Shown piece after piece: positions 48,865 through 61,497 of a stretch of DNA of 64,000 bases. A program made the position numbers and the translations under genes. The stretch comes from Zootoca vivipara (lineage: Eukaryota), in NCBI RefSeq assembly GCF_963506605.1, contig NC_083282.1, positions 93,434,001 to 93,498,000 on the forward strand, read 5' to 3'. The notes beneath the pieces were generated by a model, which worked only from the letters and a program-made list of their open reading frames with translations, was not told where the DNA came from and did no database searches. Numbering within the stretch: position 1 is the stretch's first letter; every line of letters starts with the position of its first letter.

Positions 48865-51800
48865 TATGTTCATTGCTCATCTGTGCAAGGGACATTTGGC
48901 TGTGGTGGTCTTGCTTATGTAGCAGTTCGTTGCTGCAAAAAATGATTTCCTCAAAGCAAGAAGGGTGCTTGCTTCCTCTCCTTAGACAGGAGAAGGAACC
49001 CAATTCTGCAAATGAATAGTTTACTCTGTCTTTGTTCTCAGGACAGTGTGTTTTCATAGAGCCTGTGGTGTGTTTCTCTAAGCTGTCATAGATCTGATTT
49101 TGACAGTTGCTCTGTTGCTTGGCTGTATTGGCTGTCACTGAATGCCTACCAGTGTGGGGTCATATAAGGGCGATTGTCATGCAATTTTCAGTCAATAAGA
49201 AACACAGAATAGACTGAATTGATATATTTTATTGGACCATCTTTTAATGAAGGAACATGCAATATTTTGTGGACTGATAAAATTGTTTACATATGCAATC
49301 AACCTTGTCTTGTAAAAAAATACTTTAGATTTAGCTATTTTTGTGTTCCAACTGATGAAGAGCATTGTGCAATTAGGCACCTACCCAGCAGATGTTGTCC
49401 CTGATCAAAGGCCTTGCTTGACTCTTTTGTATTTCGTGGGGATGAAATAAGAGCGTCAATTAGTATATATGGGGTTTTTTTGTACATGACTGTGATATCT
49501 ATATGAAAGGGATGCATTTGGGAAAGACCTATTTTCTCTAATCCTATTAAAGCTGAAAGATAGCAAAGCTTGACTTTTTCAAGAGAAGCCAAACAGCCAT
49601 CGATTGCTCTGCTTTTCTGAAGGGTGTTCAATTTCAATTTTCAACTCCTTAAAAATAAAATCACAAAAAGAAATATATTTTACCTAAGACATGTCTGTGT
49701 TTCCAGTTTCCTTGAGCCCATAGATCAGGGAACATAAACACTAAAAATAAAATAAATAAAAAATAAAATTGTTACTAATACTACTATTTTTTAACTGGAG
49801 GTTAAGTTTGTGGTGTGTACTTGGTAGAATTAGGTACTGTAGTTCAGTTGAGAAAAATACCTCATCATAATGCTCCACAGTTCACACCTGGAATATTCTG
49901 TCTGATTTGAGACACCTCTTTACCATAAAGAGGAAAAATTGCTGAAAGAGAGGAAAATCACAAATTGCCCATTTATTAGATGGAATAATGGAAGGAGCCA
50001 AATGATGCTAAGAAGTAACATAATTACAGATAGTTGACAGGTTCAAGTAGCAAAAATGGAAAATAATTGTTCTTAGAATCTCTTTAAGTCTCAGCCTCCA
50101 CCTTCCAGGTCTAATGTGGAATCTTTGTTTGCACTACTAAAATAAAATTAAAGACAATCCTGGAATATATCCAGTATGTAGCAATCTTGTCCTAGCTTGT
50201 TGGTTCTCAAGGCGCAGGCTATTTGAATTAACTAGTCTCCTTAATTTCTGATTTCATCTGAAATTCTCTGATGATTGAACTGCCACACCAATTTAATTTC
50301 AAATAGTACCAGGACTTCATTTTCAGGCATGACTTCATCCTACGCTCCAAGAAAACAGGCTTTGAGTTGCTTCCCGTATTCTGTACAATTGGAAATGCAA
50401 TCTAAAGCTCTGGGTAAGTGAAGTGGATTAGAGTCAATTTGGGACCAGGCCAGATTGCTTTTGGATTTCAGAAGAGTGAGAGGGCTCTTTCCGGAGAGCG
50501 CTGTGTCCTAAAGGCTTATCTAAAATAGGATGGGCCGTGCATTCAGCCTCATGAAATGTTTGGTTACAAATAATTGATGTATTTGGGTGCAAGCAATTAA
50601 GGCACAGTAGCACATGGCAGAACCTGCTTGACGGACATTTGCTGTCACGTGGTGTATTCTACTTTTGGCAAAATAAACAAGGGCACACTGCTGATGTAGT
50701 CACCTCCTGGGAATCATGCCTTTCCTCCCATCATGTGGTTCCCAGAACTTCTCCTTGACCCCCAAATTCTTCAGCTGTCATCCGTGCTAGTTTCAAAGAA
50801 CCTCATTCCATGCTCCAGGATGAATACCACCCCTTTGTCCTCGCAATGTCAAAATCAGGCTTGAAATTCCAACTTAGTGGAAGGTAAGGAGCTGCTTTAA
50901 AACCCAGACAGACCTCTCCCTCATCTAGTTCAATAGCCTTTGCTGTGGCTGGCTGTGCCTCCCCAGGGCTTAACAGTGAGGTCTTTCTCAGCCCTCCTGC
51001 CAAAGGTCCTTTCACGGGAGCTCCTCGTGGCAGAAACAGGAGCATTCAGCATGCAAATCATGCGCTCTGCCACTGAGCAGCAGCCTCTCCCCTTGACTTC
51101 ACCCACTTTGTATAAATTGTTAATTGAAAGAGGGAAGAGAATCCACCCTCATTATCTCTCCTTAGCCAGCCATACAGTTAATACGACGAGGCAATTCATC
51201 TGTGCTGGGTATACTTCAGTACATGCCTTAAACCGAGACAGGGCCCAGCGGATCACCCAGTTCAGCTCTCATCCTAACTTTCCGGTGCTTGTGTGTTCCT
51301 TCGGCGTGCAAATAGCAAACCTGCGTTACCGCTTTTCAGAATGTAGCACCTTCTGGGTGATTGTTTGGGGCTGATGGGAGTTGTAGTCCAAAACATCTGC
51401 AGAGCACAAATAGTTGTTGTTGCTGCTGCTCTTTTGGGGAGGAGGTTGTAATATGGGTTATGGAAGATGTTCCAGGTCTCAACGATGTCCTAATCTCTGG
51501 CATGGCGCAGTTGCAGCGTTCTGAATCTTGTATCTTGCACCAAGTTGAATGGGCTGCTTTACACCCAACAGCTCTAAAATAGAAATTAAAAAAATGTTCA
51601 GGTCATGCCAGTACAGAATTAGGCCTGCATGTAAGGATGCAGGCCATGGCATGTTGTGCTTGAAGGTTGGACGGGCAGGAATTGCTTTCCTATTGAAGCT
51701 GCAGGCAGCCTGACTGAACTTGTTTATATTTGATGCTCTTAGCTCTGTCCCTGGCAGGGCTGCTTGAAGGTTTCTTTCCATTATTTAGCCTCTTGGCTCT

Positions 51801-52227
51801 TCCACTGGTTTGGTTATAGCAGGGGTGGGGATCTCCAGCCTCCACCCCGGACTACCGTAATTAGGCCTGCCAGGCCTCTGCATTCGTCCCACAAGGCCCT
51901 TTTGGCAAAGCCACGGCCAGCTGCCCTGCATGTGAAGTCATATATGACTTCTGTCGTGCGGCAGGCAGGATCCTAGGGGTTTGCAGGCACTGCCTGCTAG
52001 CTGATCGGCACAAAGCACATTGAAAGGGGCTTTTGAAGACCCGGCAACTGGTCAGATCTTCAGAAGTCCCTTTCAAAATGCTATTTTCTGCAGCACTTTA
52101 AATGAGGCTTCTGAAGACCCCTGGGGGCAAAAAAGGTCACCTGTCATCATTGTGACATTAGGTGATTGACAGCTGGGCTGCTCTACTGACCTGTCTAACT
52201 TGGCCTGTGAGGAGTGGAAGAGTTATA

Positions 52228-52343
52228 GGTAGGTAGCCGTGTTGGTCTGAGTCGAAGCAAAATAAAAAAATTCCTTCAGTAGCACCTTAAAGACCAACTA
52301 AGTTTATATTTTGGTATGAGCTTTCGTGTGCATGCACACTTCT
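52228..52343. mobile_element. Penelope-like terminal-repeat fragment
   Basis: Homologous to 9982-10090; minus strand keeps gtgtgcatgcacacGAAAgctcatacc but lacks the CTGA box. Confidence 0.65.
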
Positions 52344-53156
52344 GTGGAAGAGGAGTGGAAGAGTTAAGGATCTGGCCCTCTTGCCAGAGTCAGTTCCCAG
52401 CCTTGGTTTGCAGTGACTTTCCAAGCACAGCGATGGAAGCAAAATCAGATTACGTAAAAATTACTCCGTTACTGCAGCCATACAGGCAGTATTTGATTTC
52501 TAGGAAAGGATACCGGGTCTGTCTGGAAACCTCTCGTAGTCTACTATATGGCAGTTGTCTGTCATTGCTCAGTAGTGGGGGGGGGGGAGTGAATACCTGC
52601 TCTATTCTTAACAAGATGCTCCAGGGTTAAGGTTTGCACTGAAAAAAGTTCCGGGTGTGGTCAGACTGAGGCAGAATAGAACTGTGCTATGACTTCCCTT
52701 GATTGGAATATTATACCGTACTTCTGCTGATGCAGCCTAGAATAGCAGTAGCCTTTTTTGCTGCTGCGTCACACTGTGGACTCATGTTCAGCTTCTGGGC
52801 CACTAAAATCCCTAGATCCTAGACCCCAACGAAGTGGAAGAGGGAAGCGCAAGGATGCCGTGCCGTGCATTTTCTAGCAATCATACATTGCGGGGGCAAG
52901 AGGGTGAGAAAGAGGCAAGAAGTCGCTGTTTTCAGTGCCATCCATGCATTTTCTGGAACGTTGTCATTCTGGCCAGAGCCTGTGGTTTCCTAGCAATGAT
53001 GAGCCCCTTTGAAAGTTTTATTACGTTTTCAATTAAGGCTAATGATGGTGACTTGGGAGCATTTTAAGTGGGAAGAAAGCAAAAGCTTTAGGGCAGTTTT
53101 CTAGGATCTAAAATTTGAGAGTTCCTGGACAGCATGTGCAATTGCTGCGTAGGAAA

Positions 53157-53297
53157 ATCTTAGAATCGTAGAGTTGGAAGGGACCCCCCAGGGTCATCTA
53201 GTCCAACCCCCTGCAGTGCAGGAAATCTCGGCTAAACCATCCATGACAGATGGCCATCCAACCTCTGCTTAAAAACCTCCAAGGAAGGAGAGTCCAT
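53157..53297 (-). mobile_element. CR1 LINE 3' end
   Basis: tagaatcgtagagttggaaggg terminus; related copies at about 46530-46650 and 63955-64000. Confidence 0.75.
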
Positions 53298-53692
53298 GGG
53301 GTTCAGAGATATACAGTGTAGGACTGTAGCTCAGCAGTAGAAGATCCTGGGTTCAGTCCTTGCTATCTCCAGAGAAGACTGGGAGAGGCCCACGTCTGAA
53401 AGCCTGGAGAACCGCTGCCATTCAGTGTAGACAATATTAAGCTGGATGGTCCACCGGCCTGACTCACCCGTGTACGGCAGCTTCCTGTGTTCTACTTTCT
53501 TATCAGGAAAAGCTTCTCCTTGGGGCAATCCCTGGCAAGAAATCCTAGTTTTGAATAATGGCGTTGTTTTTGTTTTTGTTTTAATCGAGCAGATCATTAC
53601 CATATAACTCAGCTTGCACTTTTACAGCGCTTTGAGTTGCTTGGTGGAAGTCAGCATCTGGCGAGGTGGAAAGGAGAGGCGTGTACTCTAAA

Positions 53693-53900
53693 ACATAGAA
53701 TCGTAGGGTTGGAAGAGACCCCAAGGAGGGCCGTCCAGTCCAACCCCCTGCCAAGCAGGAAACACCATCAAAGCATTCTTGGCATATGCCTGTCAAGCCT
53801 CTGCTTAAAGGCCTCCAAAGAAGGAGACTCCACCACACTCCTTGGCAGCAAATTCCACTGCCGAACAGCTCTTACTGTCAGGAAGTTCTTCCTAATGTTT
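53693..53900 (-). mobile_element. CR1 LINE 3' fragment
   Basis: Translates NIRKNFLTVRAVRQWNLLPRSVVESPSLEAFKQRLD, the CR1 ORF2 C-terminus. Confidence 0.85.
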
Positions 53901-54581
53901 ACATGGTTGGAGGGCAGCAGGGTGGTGGCAAAATCTGGGCCTGTGAGGGAAGGAAAGAGGAGCAAAAGGAGTCCAGCATGTGGACAACATGCCTGCGCAT
54001 ACGAGAGACTCTTAACTTGGAAGCCGGCTGAAAAGAGCTAGCACTGCCCTTTCTCACGTTCTCCTTGAAAGGATGAAAGTTGAGAATTTCAGAATGGATA
54101 GACCTCTCTGAACCTCCTGCTGCACAGGCTATTCAGACTTAAGATTTTGAATGAAGCTGTAGGAGCCAGGTAATCCTATGAGGCCTTTCTTCATGAGAGG
54201 TCTGGAGGGGGGGGGGGCAACATGAGACCAGGCCTTTTCTGCAGTGGCTCCCCTTTCGGGAATGCTCTCCCCAGGAAGCCTCGCCTGGCTTCTCCATTTC
54301 TTACGGTATCTTTAGATGCCAGGCGAAAATGTTTCTCTATAACCAAGCTTTTGGGTGATGAACATTCTATGGCCTTTAAAATGTATTTGTGGGAAGGTTT
54401 GTATGTTGTTTGTTTTATTACGTATCATGTGTTTTAGTTTTGTATTTTTATGGTGTGAACTGCCCTGCGATCTTCGGATGAAGGGTGGTATACAAATTTA
54501 ATATATTACTACTACTACTGTACTACTGTTATTACGGTTATTTCTATTATTACCATTATTATAATTATTATATAGTTGTTG

Positions 54582-54615
<34 letters not shown>

Positions 54616-55088
54616 CATCATCCTCCAAAGTGATATTTCTCATTTTTAATGAAACTCGAGTTAAAAGCCATTGCTTCAGTCACTAATACCGATCAAATGG
54701 GAATAGGAAGCACTTATTTCCTGTCATTTACAAGGGGGAAAACATTTTACATTGTTATTTCTTCTTGTTGTTCTGCCTCACAGTAACCCTGAGAGGGATG
54801 GTTTTTTTGCTTGTTTTTATCTTACAGTTGGGAAATTGAGATTTTGAGATGGTGGCTTAGCCTGTCCACTCTGGGAATTGATGTTTGGCCTTGGGTTTCT
54901 CCTTTCATCTCTAGTGTTAAAAGCCAGACCAGGGTGGGGGTGGGGGCGGTTCAGTGGTTTGTACTCAGTGCTTTTGTGCCTTTCTTCTGTGCTCAGTTCT
55001 TGCCTTTGATTCTTTCCAGGTTTGGGGAAACCCCTGGCCTTCCTGGTCCTGCCGCCTGCTGAGTTTGCCCTAGTGCCAACCTGTTGCC

Positions 55089-56498
55089 ATGTCGAAGTTA
55101 AAGTGCTCGGAGTCGGTCAGAGTGGTGGTGCGATGCCGGCCGATGAACAGCAAAGAGAAAGTAGCCTCCTACGAGCAAGTGGTCCAGGTGGACGTCAAGC
55201 TGGGGCAGGTGTCTGTGAAGAACCCCAAGGGAACTTCTCACGAGCTGCCCAAGACTTTCACCTTTGATGCCGTTTACGACTGGAATTCCAAGCAGTTTGA
55301 ACTCTACGATGAGACCTTCCGGCCCCTGGTGGACTCGGTGCTCCAAGGGTTCAACGGGACCATCTTTGCCTACGGGCAAACCGGCACGGGGAAGACGTAC
55401 ACGATGGAAGGTGTGCGTGGCGACCCCGAGAAAAGGGGCGTCATCCCCAATTCCTTCGACCACATCTTCACGCACATCTCCCGGTCTCAGAACCAGCAGT
55501 ACCTGGTGAGGGCTTCTTACCTGGAGATCTACCAGGAGGAAATCCGGGACTTGTTGTCAAAGGATCAGTCCAAGAGGCTGGAGCTGAAGGAGCGGCCGGA
55601 CACGGGAGTGTACGTGAAGGACTTGTCGTCTTTCGTCACAAAGAGCGTCAAGGAAATAGAGCATGTCATGAATGTGGGGAACCAGAACCGCTCGGTTGGG
55701 GCCACCAACATGAACGAGCACAGCTCCCGTTCGCACGCCATCTTTGTGATCACCATTGAGTGCAGCGAAGTGGGGCTCGATGGGGAGAACCACATACGCG
55801 TTGGGAAGCTCAACCTCGTGGACCTTGCCGGCAGCGAGCGCCAGTCTAAGACCGGAGCCCAGGGGGAGAGGTTGAAAGAGGCGACAAAGATCAACCTCTC
55901 TCTCTCTGCCTTGGGCAATGTCATATCGGCCCTGGTGGACGGCAAAAGCACTCACATTCCCTATCGGGATTCCAAGCTCACCAGGCTGCTCCAGGATTCG
56001 TTAGGTGGCAATGCCAAGACAGTGATGGTGGCCAACATCGGCCCCGCCTCGTACAACGTGGACGAAACCTTGACGACACTGCGGTACGCCAACCGTGCCA
56101 AGAACATCAAGAACAAGCCGAGAGTGAACGAAGACCCCAAGGATGCGCTGCTGCGGGAATTCCAGGAGGAGATTGCAAGGCTCAAGGCGCAGCTAGAAAA
56201 GCGGTCTGTTGTCAAGAGGAAGAAGAAAGACAGGAGGAGAGACGGAAGCTTCAGCGCCGGGGGAGAGGACGAGGATGAGGAGGAAGATGGCGAAGAAGGG
56301 GAGGAGGAAGGAGGAGGTAACAAAGGTGACTACTGGAAAGAGCAGCAGGAGAAGCTGGAGATAGAGAAGAGGGCTATCTTAGAGGACCACAGTTTGGTGG
56401 CTGAGGACAAGATGAGGCTGCTGAAGGAGAAGGAGAAGAAGATGGAAGACTTGAAGCGAGAGAAGGAGGCAGCTGAAAGGCTGGGTGCCAAAATCAAG
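55089..56498 (+). CDS. KIF3B: KIF3B exon 2 coding part: entire kinesin motor domain, neck and start of stalk (exon begins 55020)
   Basis: [18 protein letters not shown] start; P-loop GQTGTGKT, switch I SSRSH, switch II DLAGSE; donor AAG|gtagga. Confidence 0.97.
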
Positions 56499-57717
56499 GT
56501 AGGAGGCTCTTTGCTGAGTTCTGTGGATTCAGAAAAGTGGCTTGGGAGAAACCTCTCTGGGGGAGGTTCAGTGTTGAAGACTAAAAACAGAAGCATAGGG
56601 ATGGGAATTGTTCCTGAAACGCTTCTCTGATGTTCAGAGTGGTTCTGACATTCTGAATTCAAAGGTTTTCCTTTCCAAATTATTCACAGCTAGAGAACTG
56701 CAGCCAGCAGTTGGAGAGGTGTAGGGGATTTAAGACCCGGTTTGGACAATCAGGTTCTGGCTTCAGAGGCAAGGATGGATGCATGAGCTCTTGTGAACTC
56801 ACAGACTGCCTCTTTGTGCAAGCAGGGAAGCAAGCCAAGACCTTGCAGCTAGCCTTAGTTTTCTGTTGTGTGCTCAGCGGGGAGCAATGGACAGTGGCTT
56901 CCAGACATTAGCAGATCAGCTTTATTTTATTTTGTTTATTTCATAAAATTTATAAAACACTGTAAAAAAAAAACCTTGCAGCTGTCTGCTTTAAACAATG
57001 GCATCTTATCCTGGCCAGTCTAGAAGCTATTGCCTATGGCTTCCTAGTCCAGTTCACATGTAATAGAAAGCTATAGTTTATTGCGACTTCCTGGCTTGTT
57101 TCCTTGCTTCCATGAAGGGAAGAGTGAAGGGGTGGCATGCATGTGAAGAGCTTGTGCACATTTAATCAAGTGTTGCCCACAGCTGCCAATGAACCATCTT
57201 CATCCTTCCTCTGTCAGCTGCTCGTAGAGTCGAGGATGGCCACCTCACCTTAATGAGCCAAAGGTCAAACAGCTCCCCATTTGGGTAAGTTTTCACAAGA
57301 TCTGAAGGTGGTCAAAAACCAGTGATTTCTTCTAACTGTGATTCGTAAAAGAAATGCTCGATGGAGGGGGGGGGGGAAAGGAGTGGGACTTGAGCAGGCA
57401 TTCTCAACCCAACCCAATTCATTTCCTTTCATTATTTATTTGCATTTTTATTAATGAACATGTAACAATCAGCTGAGACCTGAAAGCAGTGATAATGCAA
57501 AGCAAAGCAAACCAATGACCAAATCTTCCACTGAGATGTGAGGAAAGTGTGAAAAGAATAAGGAAAAAAGAGGCAGGGACATGGGTCACAAGCGGTTGCC
57601 ATGTGATTCAAATGAAGACCCAAAGACACAGCAGGTTTTTATACACCGAGACCTTTGTAGATGCCATGAATAGTCCCATGCAAAGTCATATTTGGCAGGT
57701 TCAGATGGGAACGATTA

Positions 57718-57888
57718 CAGTGGTGCCTCGGGTTACAAACACGATCCGTTCCGGGACGCAGTTCGTAACCTGAAATGGTCGTAACCTGAAGCGCCATTTT
57801 GCGCATGCGCAGAACGCACGCACGGTGAAAATACTTCCAGGTTTGCGGAGTTCGTAACCCGAGGTGTTCGTAACCCGAGGTACGACTG
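57718..57888. mobile_element. Tc1/mariner (Tigger-like) MITE
   Basis: TA TSD; cagtggtgcctcgggttac and gtaacccgaggtacgactg TIRs. Confidence 0.8.
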
Positions 57889-58147
57889 TATTCGTATAAG
57901 TCATGAAAGCCCGCCAAACAGCTGGAAAGCCACCTTGAGTCCCTGTCGGGAAAAGGCAGGATATAAATAAATATGATGATGATGATGGAGTCCTTTGAGA
58001 GATGCTGCAAGGCAGAACAGCTGCTTCTAAGGAGGTTTATGAGACAACCGTGTGAGATCTCTTTTATTTTATTTTAAAGAAAGTAGGCTCTGCAGCATGC
58101 TGATTTTGGTTATTGGAATTCTCCACCCCTCTCATTCTGCTTTTCAG

Positions 58148-58249
58148 GCAATGGAAAGCAAGCTCCTTGTTGGAGGGAAAAATATTGTGGATCACACAAA
58201 CGAGCAGCAAAAAATCCTGGAGCAGAAGCGGCAGGAGATTGCTGAGCAG
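58148..58249 (+). CDS. KIF3B: KIF3B exon 3 ([34 protein letters not shown])
   Basis: AG/GT boundaries, frame continuous. Confidence 0.95.
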
Positions 58250-59649
58250 GTGAGAGAGGGAGGGAGAAGCTCATGCGTTGAGATGGGTTGCAGGGGTCCC
58301 AGGGTGTGCAGAACGGGGGGAGGGGGAGCCTGTGGCCCTCCGAGGTGTTGCTGGACTACAACTCCCATCATTCCTTCCCACTGCCCCTGCTGATGAGAGT
58401 TGGAGTCCAGCAATATTTGGAGGACTGAACATTCTCCACTGCTGGTGTGAAGGAGCCCTGTGTTGTGGCCCTGGGAAACTCATAGCTTGTCTATAACGTT
58501 TGGACAGAACCCACTGGGAACTTTCCTGGGCAAGTGTCTTTGGAATCCAATCGGCAGCTATGTGAATTTAATAAGAGCCTTGCTGGATCATCTATTTATT
58601 TATTTGATTTATATACCAGTCTGGATCAGACTAGTAGTTGGTCTAATCCAGCATCCTGTTGCCCACAATGGAAAAAATTCATGCATCTAGAAAGCGCAGT
58701 TGGGGTTGAAGGCAAATCCCCCTTCTTCCACTGTTGCTCTGCAACAATTGGTATTCAAAGGTATACTTCCTCTGAATATGGAAGTTCTGTTTAGCAAGGC
58801 TAATGTTGCTGTTTTGAAAGTCCTTTCAGTTTCAAAGATGAGTGTACCAGAGATGTTCTCAGCAGCTTGTGCTTTTGTTCTTACTGTTTCCTTTTTTAAT
58901 ACATGAGGTTTATCAACTTATTTGTTTGAAAACTTTGAGAACAGCTGAAAGCTAGGAAAATGCAAACACTGCAAGATCTTCAAGAAGTTGCATGAGAAGA
59001 GCTATTTTACTGAACTTTTACGTTCTTCGTTGGCTCTTCCCCTTTTTCATCCTTTAAAACCCCTCTGGCCAATTAACACTTTGCAGAAAGGAAGCCCATC
59101 TTTTGAGATCCAAGACTTTTGCTCTTTCCTTTAAGGTGTGAGAACTTAGAATGTAGGGGTGGGATTTGACTCGGTTGGTGCACAAGCAGAACAAAGTCTC
59201 CCCTCTCTGCCCTACGTGTCCCCTGAATTTGCTCTGGTGTTTGGTGGAAAACCCAAAACAGGTTTAGGGGGAGGAGAGAAGGGAAATCCTATTATGCAAG
59301 TGGACCTCATTCTGCTTGCAAATCCACTGCGTACTGCCACATTGAATTCTACTCTGTGGCTGCAGTCCAGTGCAGAGGTACTTAGAAATGAACCCATTGA
59401 ATCTAGTGCTGCATAGTAAACATGGTTTGGGGTCAGTCTGCAAGTCTGTTCTGAGGTCATCAGCAATTCCAGACGAAGTTCAGACTTCTTGAGCCTCCCA
59501 ATATTTCTCCTTAATCCTTCAAAAATACACAGCATTGATTGGTAACGCCTTGTGTGAATTCTCTCACGCCCTGCGAATGATTGGCATGTACCCTGACAGC
59601 GCTGAACTCCAGGCAAAAAAAAAAATGTCATCTTTGTTGTCTCCCGCAG

Positions 59650-59772
59650 AAACGACGAGAGCGAGAAATCCAACAGCAGATGGAGAGTCGGGACGAGGAG
59701 ACCTTGGAGCTGAAGGAGACCTACAGCTCCCTGCAGCAGGAAGTGGACATCAAGACTAAAAAACTGAAAAAG
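59650..59772 (+). CDS. KIF3B: KIF3B exon 4 ([41 protein letters not shown])
   Basis: AG acceptor and gtgagt donor. Confidence 0.95.
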
Positions 59773-60161
59773 GTGAGTGGCCTCCCTGGAGGCGGGCTGG
59801 CAGGTATGCACAGGTACTGTATGTGAGCACTGGAGATTAGCATGCATGTGGCCAAGTCCAGAATTCGGCTTCCTGTCTTCAAGGCACTAAGATTTGACAG
59901 TTTTCTCTGCGCTTTCAGGGCAGGCAATAGTTAATTGTCTAAAAGGAGTCAAAGGATCAAACCCCCTAAGTTTCCCCCCACCCAAACCAGGCTCAGCTTG
60001 CATCTCCGCATGAAGATTAAGGCCCCGCAGTTCCCTTTGACCTTGGGGCAGATGCAATGCTTCAGCAATGCAGGTTAAAATTCAGAGTTTCTTGGCTGGA
60101 AAATTCTCCACTTGCATGATAAGAGATCTGATAAAATGTTATAATTTTACAGGTTCTAACT

Positions 60162-60411
60162 CAGGGGTCAGCAAACTTTTTCAACAGGGGGCCAGTCCAC
60201 TGTTCCTCAGACCTTGTGGGGGGCCGGACTATATTTTGAAAAAATATATGAACACATTCCTATGCCCCACAAATAACCCAGAGATGCATTTTAAATAAAA
60301 GGACACATTCTACTCATGTAAAAACATGCTGATTCCTGGACCATCCACGGGCCGGATTGAGAAGGCAATTGGGCCGCATCCGGCCCCCGGGCCTTAGTTT
60401 GGGAACCCCTG
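60162..60411. mobile_element. hAT-Charlie non-autonomous element (250 bp)
   Basis: Perfect 8-bp TSD ttctaact; TIRs caggggtcagcaaact and agtttgggaacccctg. Confidence 0.88.
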
Positions 60412-60533
60412 TTCTAACTAGTTCTATGAGCCATAATTATTATATGCAATTGGTTGTGATGCTATGTAAGTCATGTACTTCCTTGATTTTTTGTTCTGCA
60501 ATAGAATTAATATTTTGCTAGGTTGGTTTCAGA

Positions 60534-60883
60534 CAGGGCTGGGGAACCTCGGGCCTGAAATCCAACTGTGGCCCTCCAGACTTCATTACCAAGCCATTGG
60601 GACTGTCCCCAGACCACACCCTTCGCTGACCCTGCTTGGGTCCTTGAGTGTTTAAACAAGCTGAAATGTGTCCTCTGACATTACCTCCTGCTTGTCTGAA
60701 TGGAGGGTAGAGAGGGGTGTTTGAGCGCTTGCAGAAACTAGCTTACTGTACAAAGGTGACATTTGGATTTGTTGCTCCACCCACTTTACCTCTGGCCCCG
60801 CCCTCCACTGGTACGTGGCCCTCGCAAGCTTGCCCTGAAGGGAAGACGGCCCCTTGGGCTGAAAAGTCTTCCCCACCCCCCCG
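60534..60883. mobile_element. Older hAT non-autonomous element
   Basis: cagggctggggaac and cttccccacccc ends; diverged opposite-orientation relative begins at about 25623. Confidence 0.55.
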
Positions 60884-61113
60884 GTTTCAGAGATTTGTTT
60901 TTCACCAATATTTCTGCATGCCTAATTCCTAAGGAAAACCCCTTATCTAAAGAAGGCAGCTGCCCTTTATTTTTAACCAAAACTTGAGAGCATACGGTAT
61001 ACCATTTTGAAGTGACCGGGAGCTGTGCAAGAACTCGGTCACTCGCTCGCGAGGCAGAGGTGGTAGGCTTGGCGGTTTGTGCCGTAGCCCATGACTCTGG
61101 CTCTCTCTTTCAG

Positions 61114-61232
61114 CTCTTTTCCAAGCTGCAAGCCGTGAAGGCTGAAATCCACGACCTTCAAGAGGAGCATATCAAAGAACGTCAGGAGCTGGAGCAAACC
61201 CAGAATGAGCTCACACGGGAGCTGAAGCTCAA
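61114..61232 (+). CDS. KIF3B: KIF3B exon 5 ([40 protein letters not shown])
   Basis: AG acceptor and gtaggt donor. Confidence 0.95.
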
Positions 61233-61383
61233 GTAGGTTTGCAGCCGGCTGTGTGTTGCTCTTGAGGGCTTGGGAATGAATGGCCTGCAGAGCAAGCTGT
61301 CTGCTGGCCAGGAATGAAAAGTGAGTGCAGTATTTCCCTTTTACTGAGGCTGCTTGCAACATTACCTTTGTTGATCTCTGCAG

Positions 61384-61497
61384 GCACCTGATTATTGAGA
61401 ACTTTATTCCCTTGGAAGAGAAAAACAAGATCATGAACAGGTCGTTCTTTGATGAGGAGGAGGACCAGTGGAAACTGCACCCCATCACCCGCTTGGA
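61384..61497 (+). CDS. KIF3B: KIF3B exon 6 ([38 protein letters not shown]); gene continues beyond the window
   Basis: AG acceptor and gtgagt donor; LIIENFIP kinesin-2 motif. Confidence 0.94.

Noticed and set aside
49560-49760. Two exon-like minus-strand segments with AG/GT signals
   Set aside because: The implied intron is only about 36 nt and no recognisable protein results.
56499-56630. C-terminal extension of the 513-aa KIF3B ORF
   Set aside because: Read-through past the donor at 56499; KIF3B similarity resumes at 58148.
59212-59847. 211-aa antisense ORF over KIF3B exon 4 (also the 191-aa ORF at 62380-62955)
   Set aside because: No recognisable homology; consistent with chance or antisense shadow frames.
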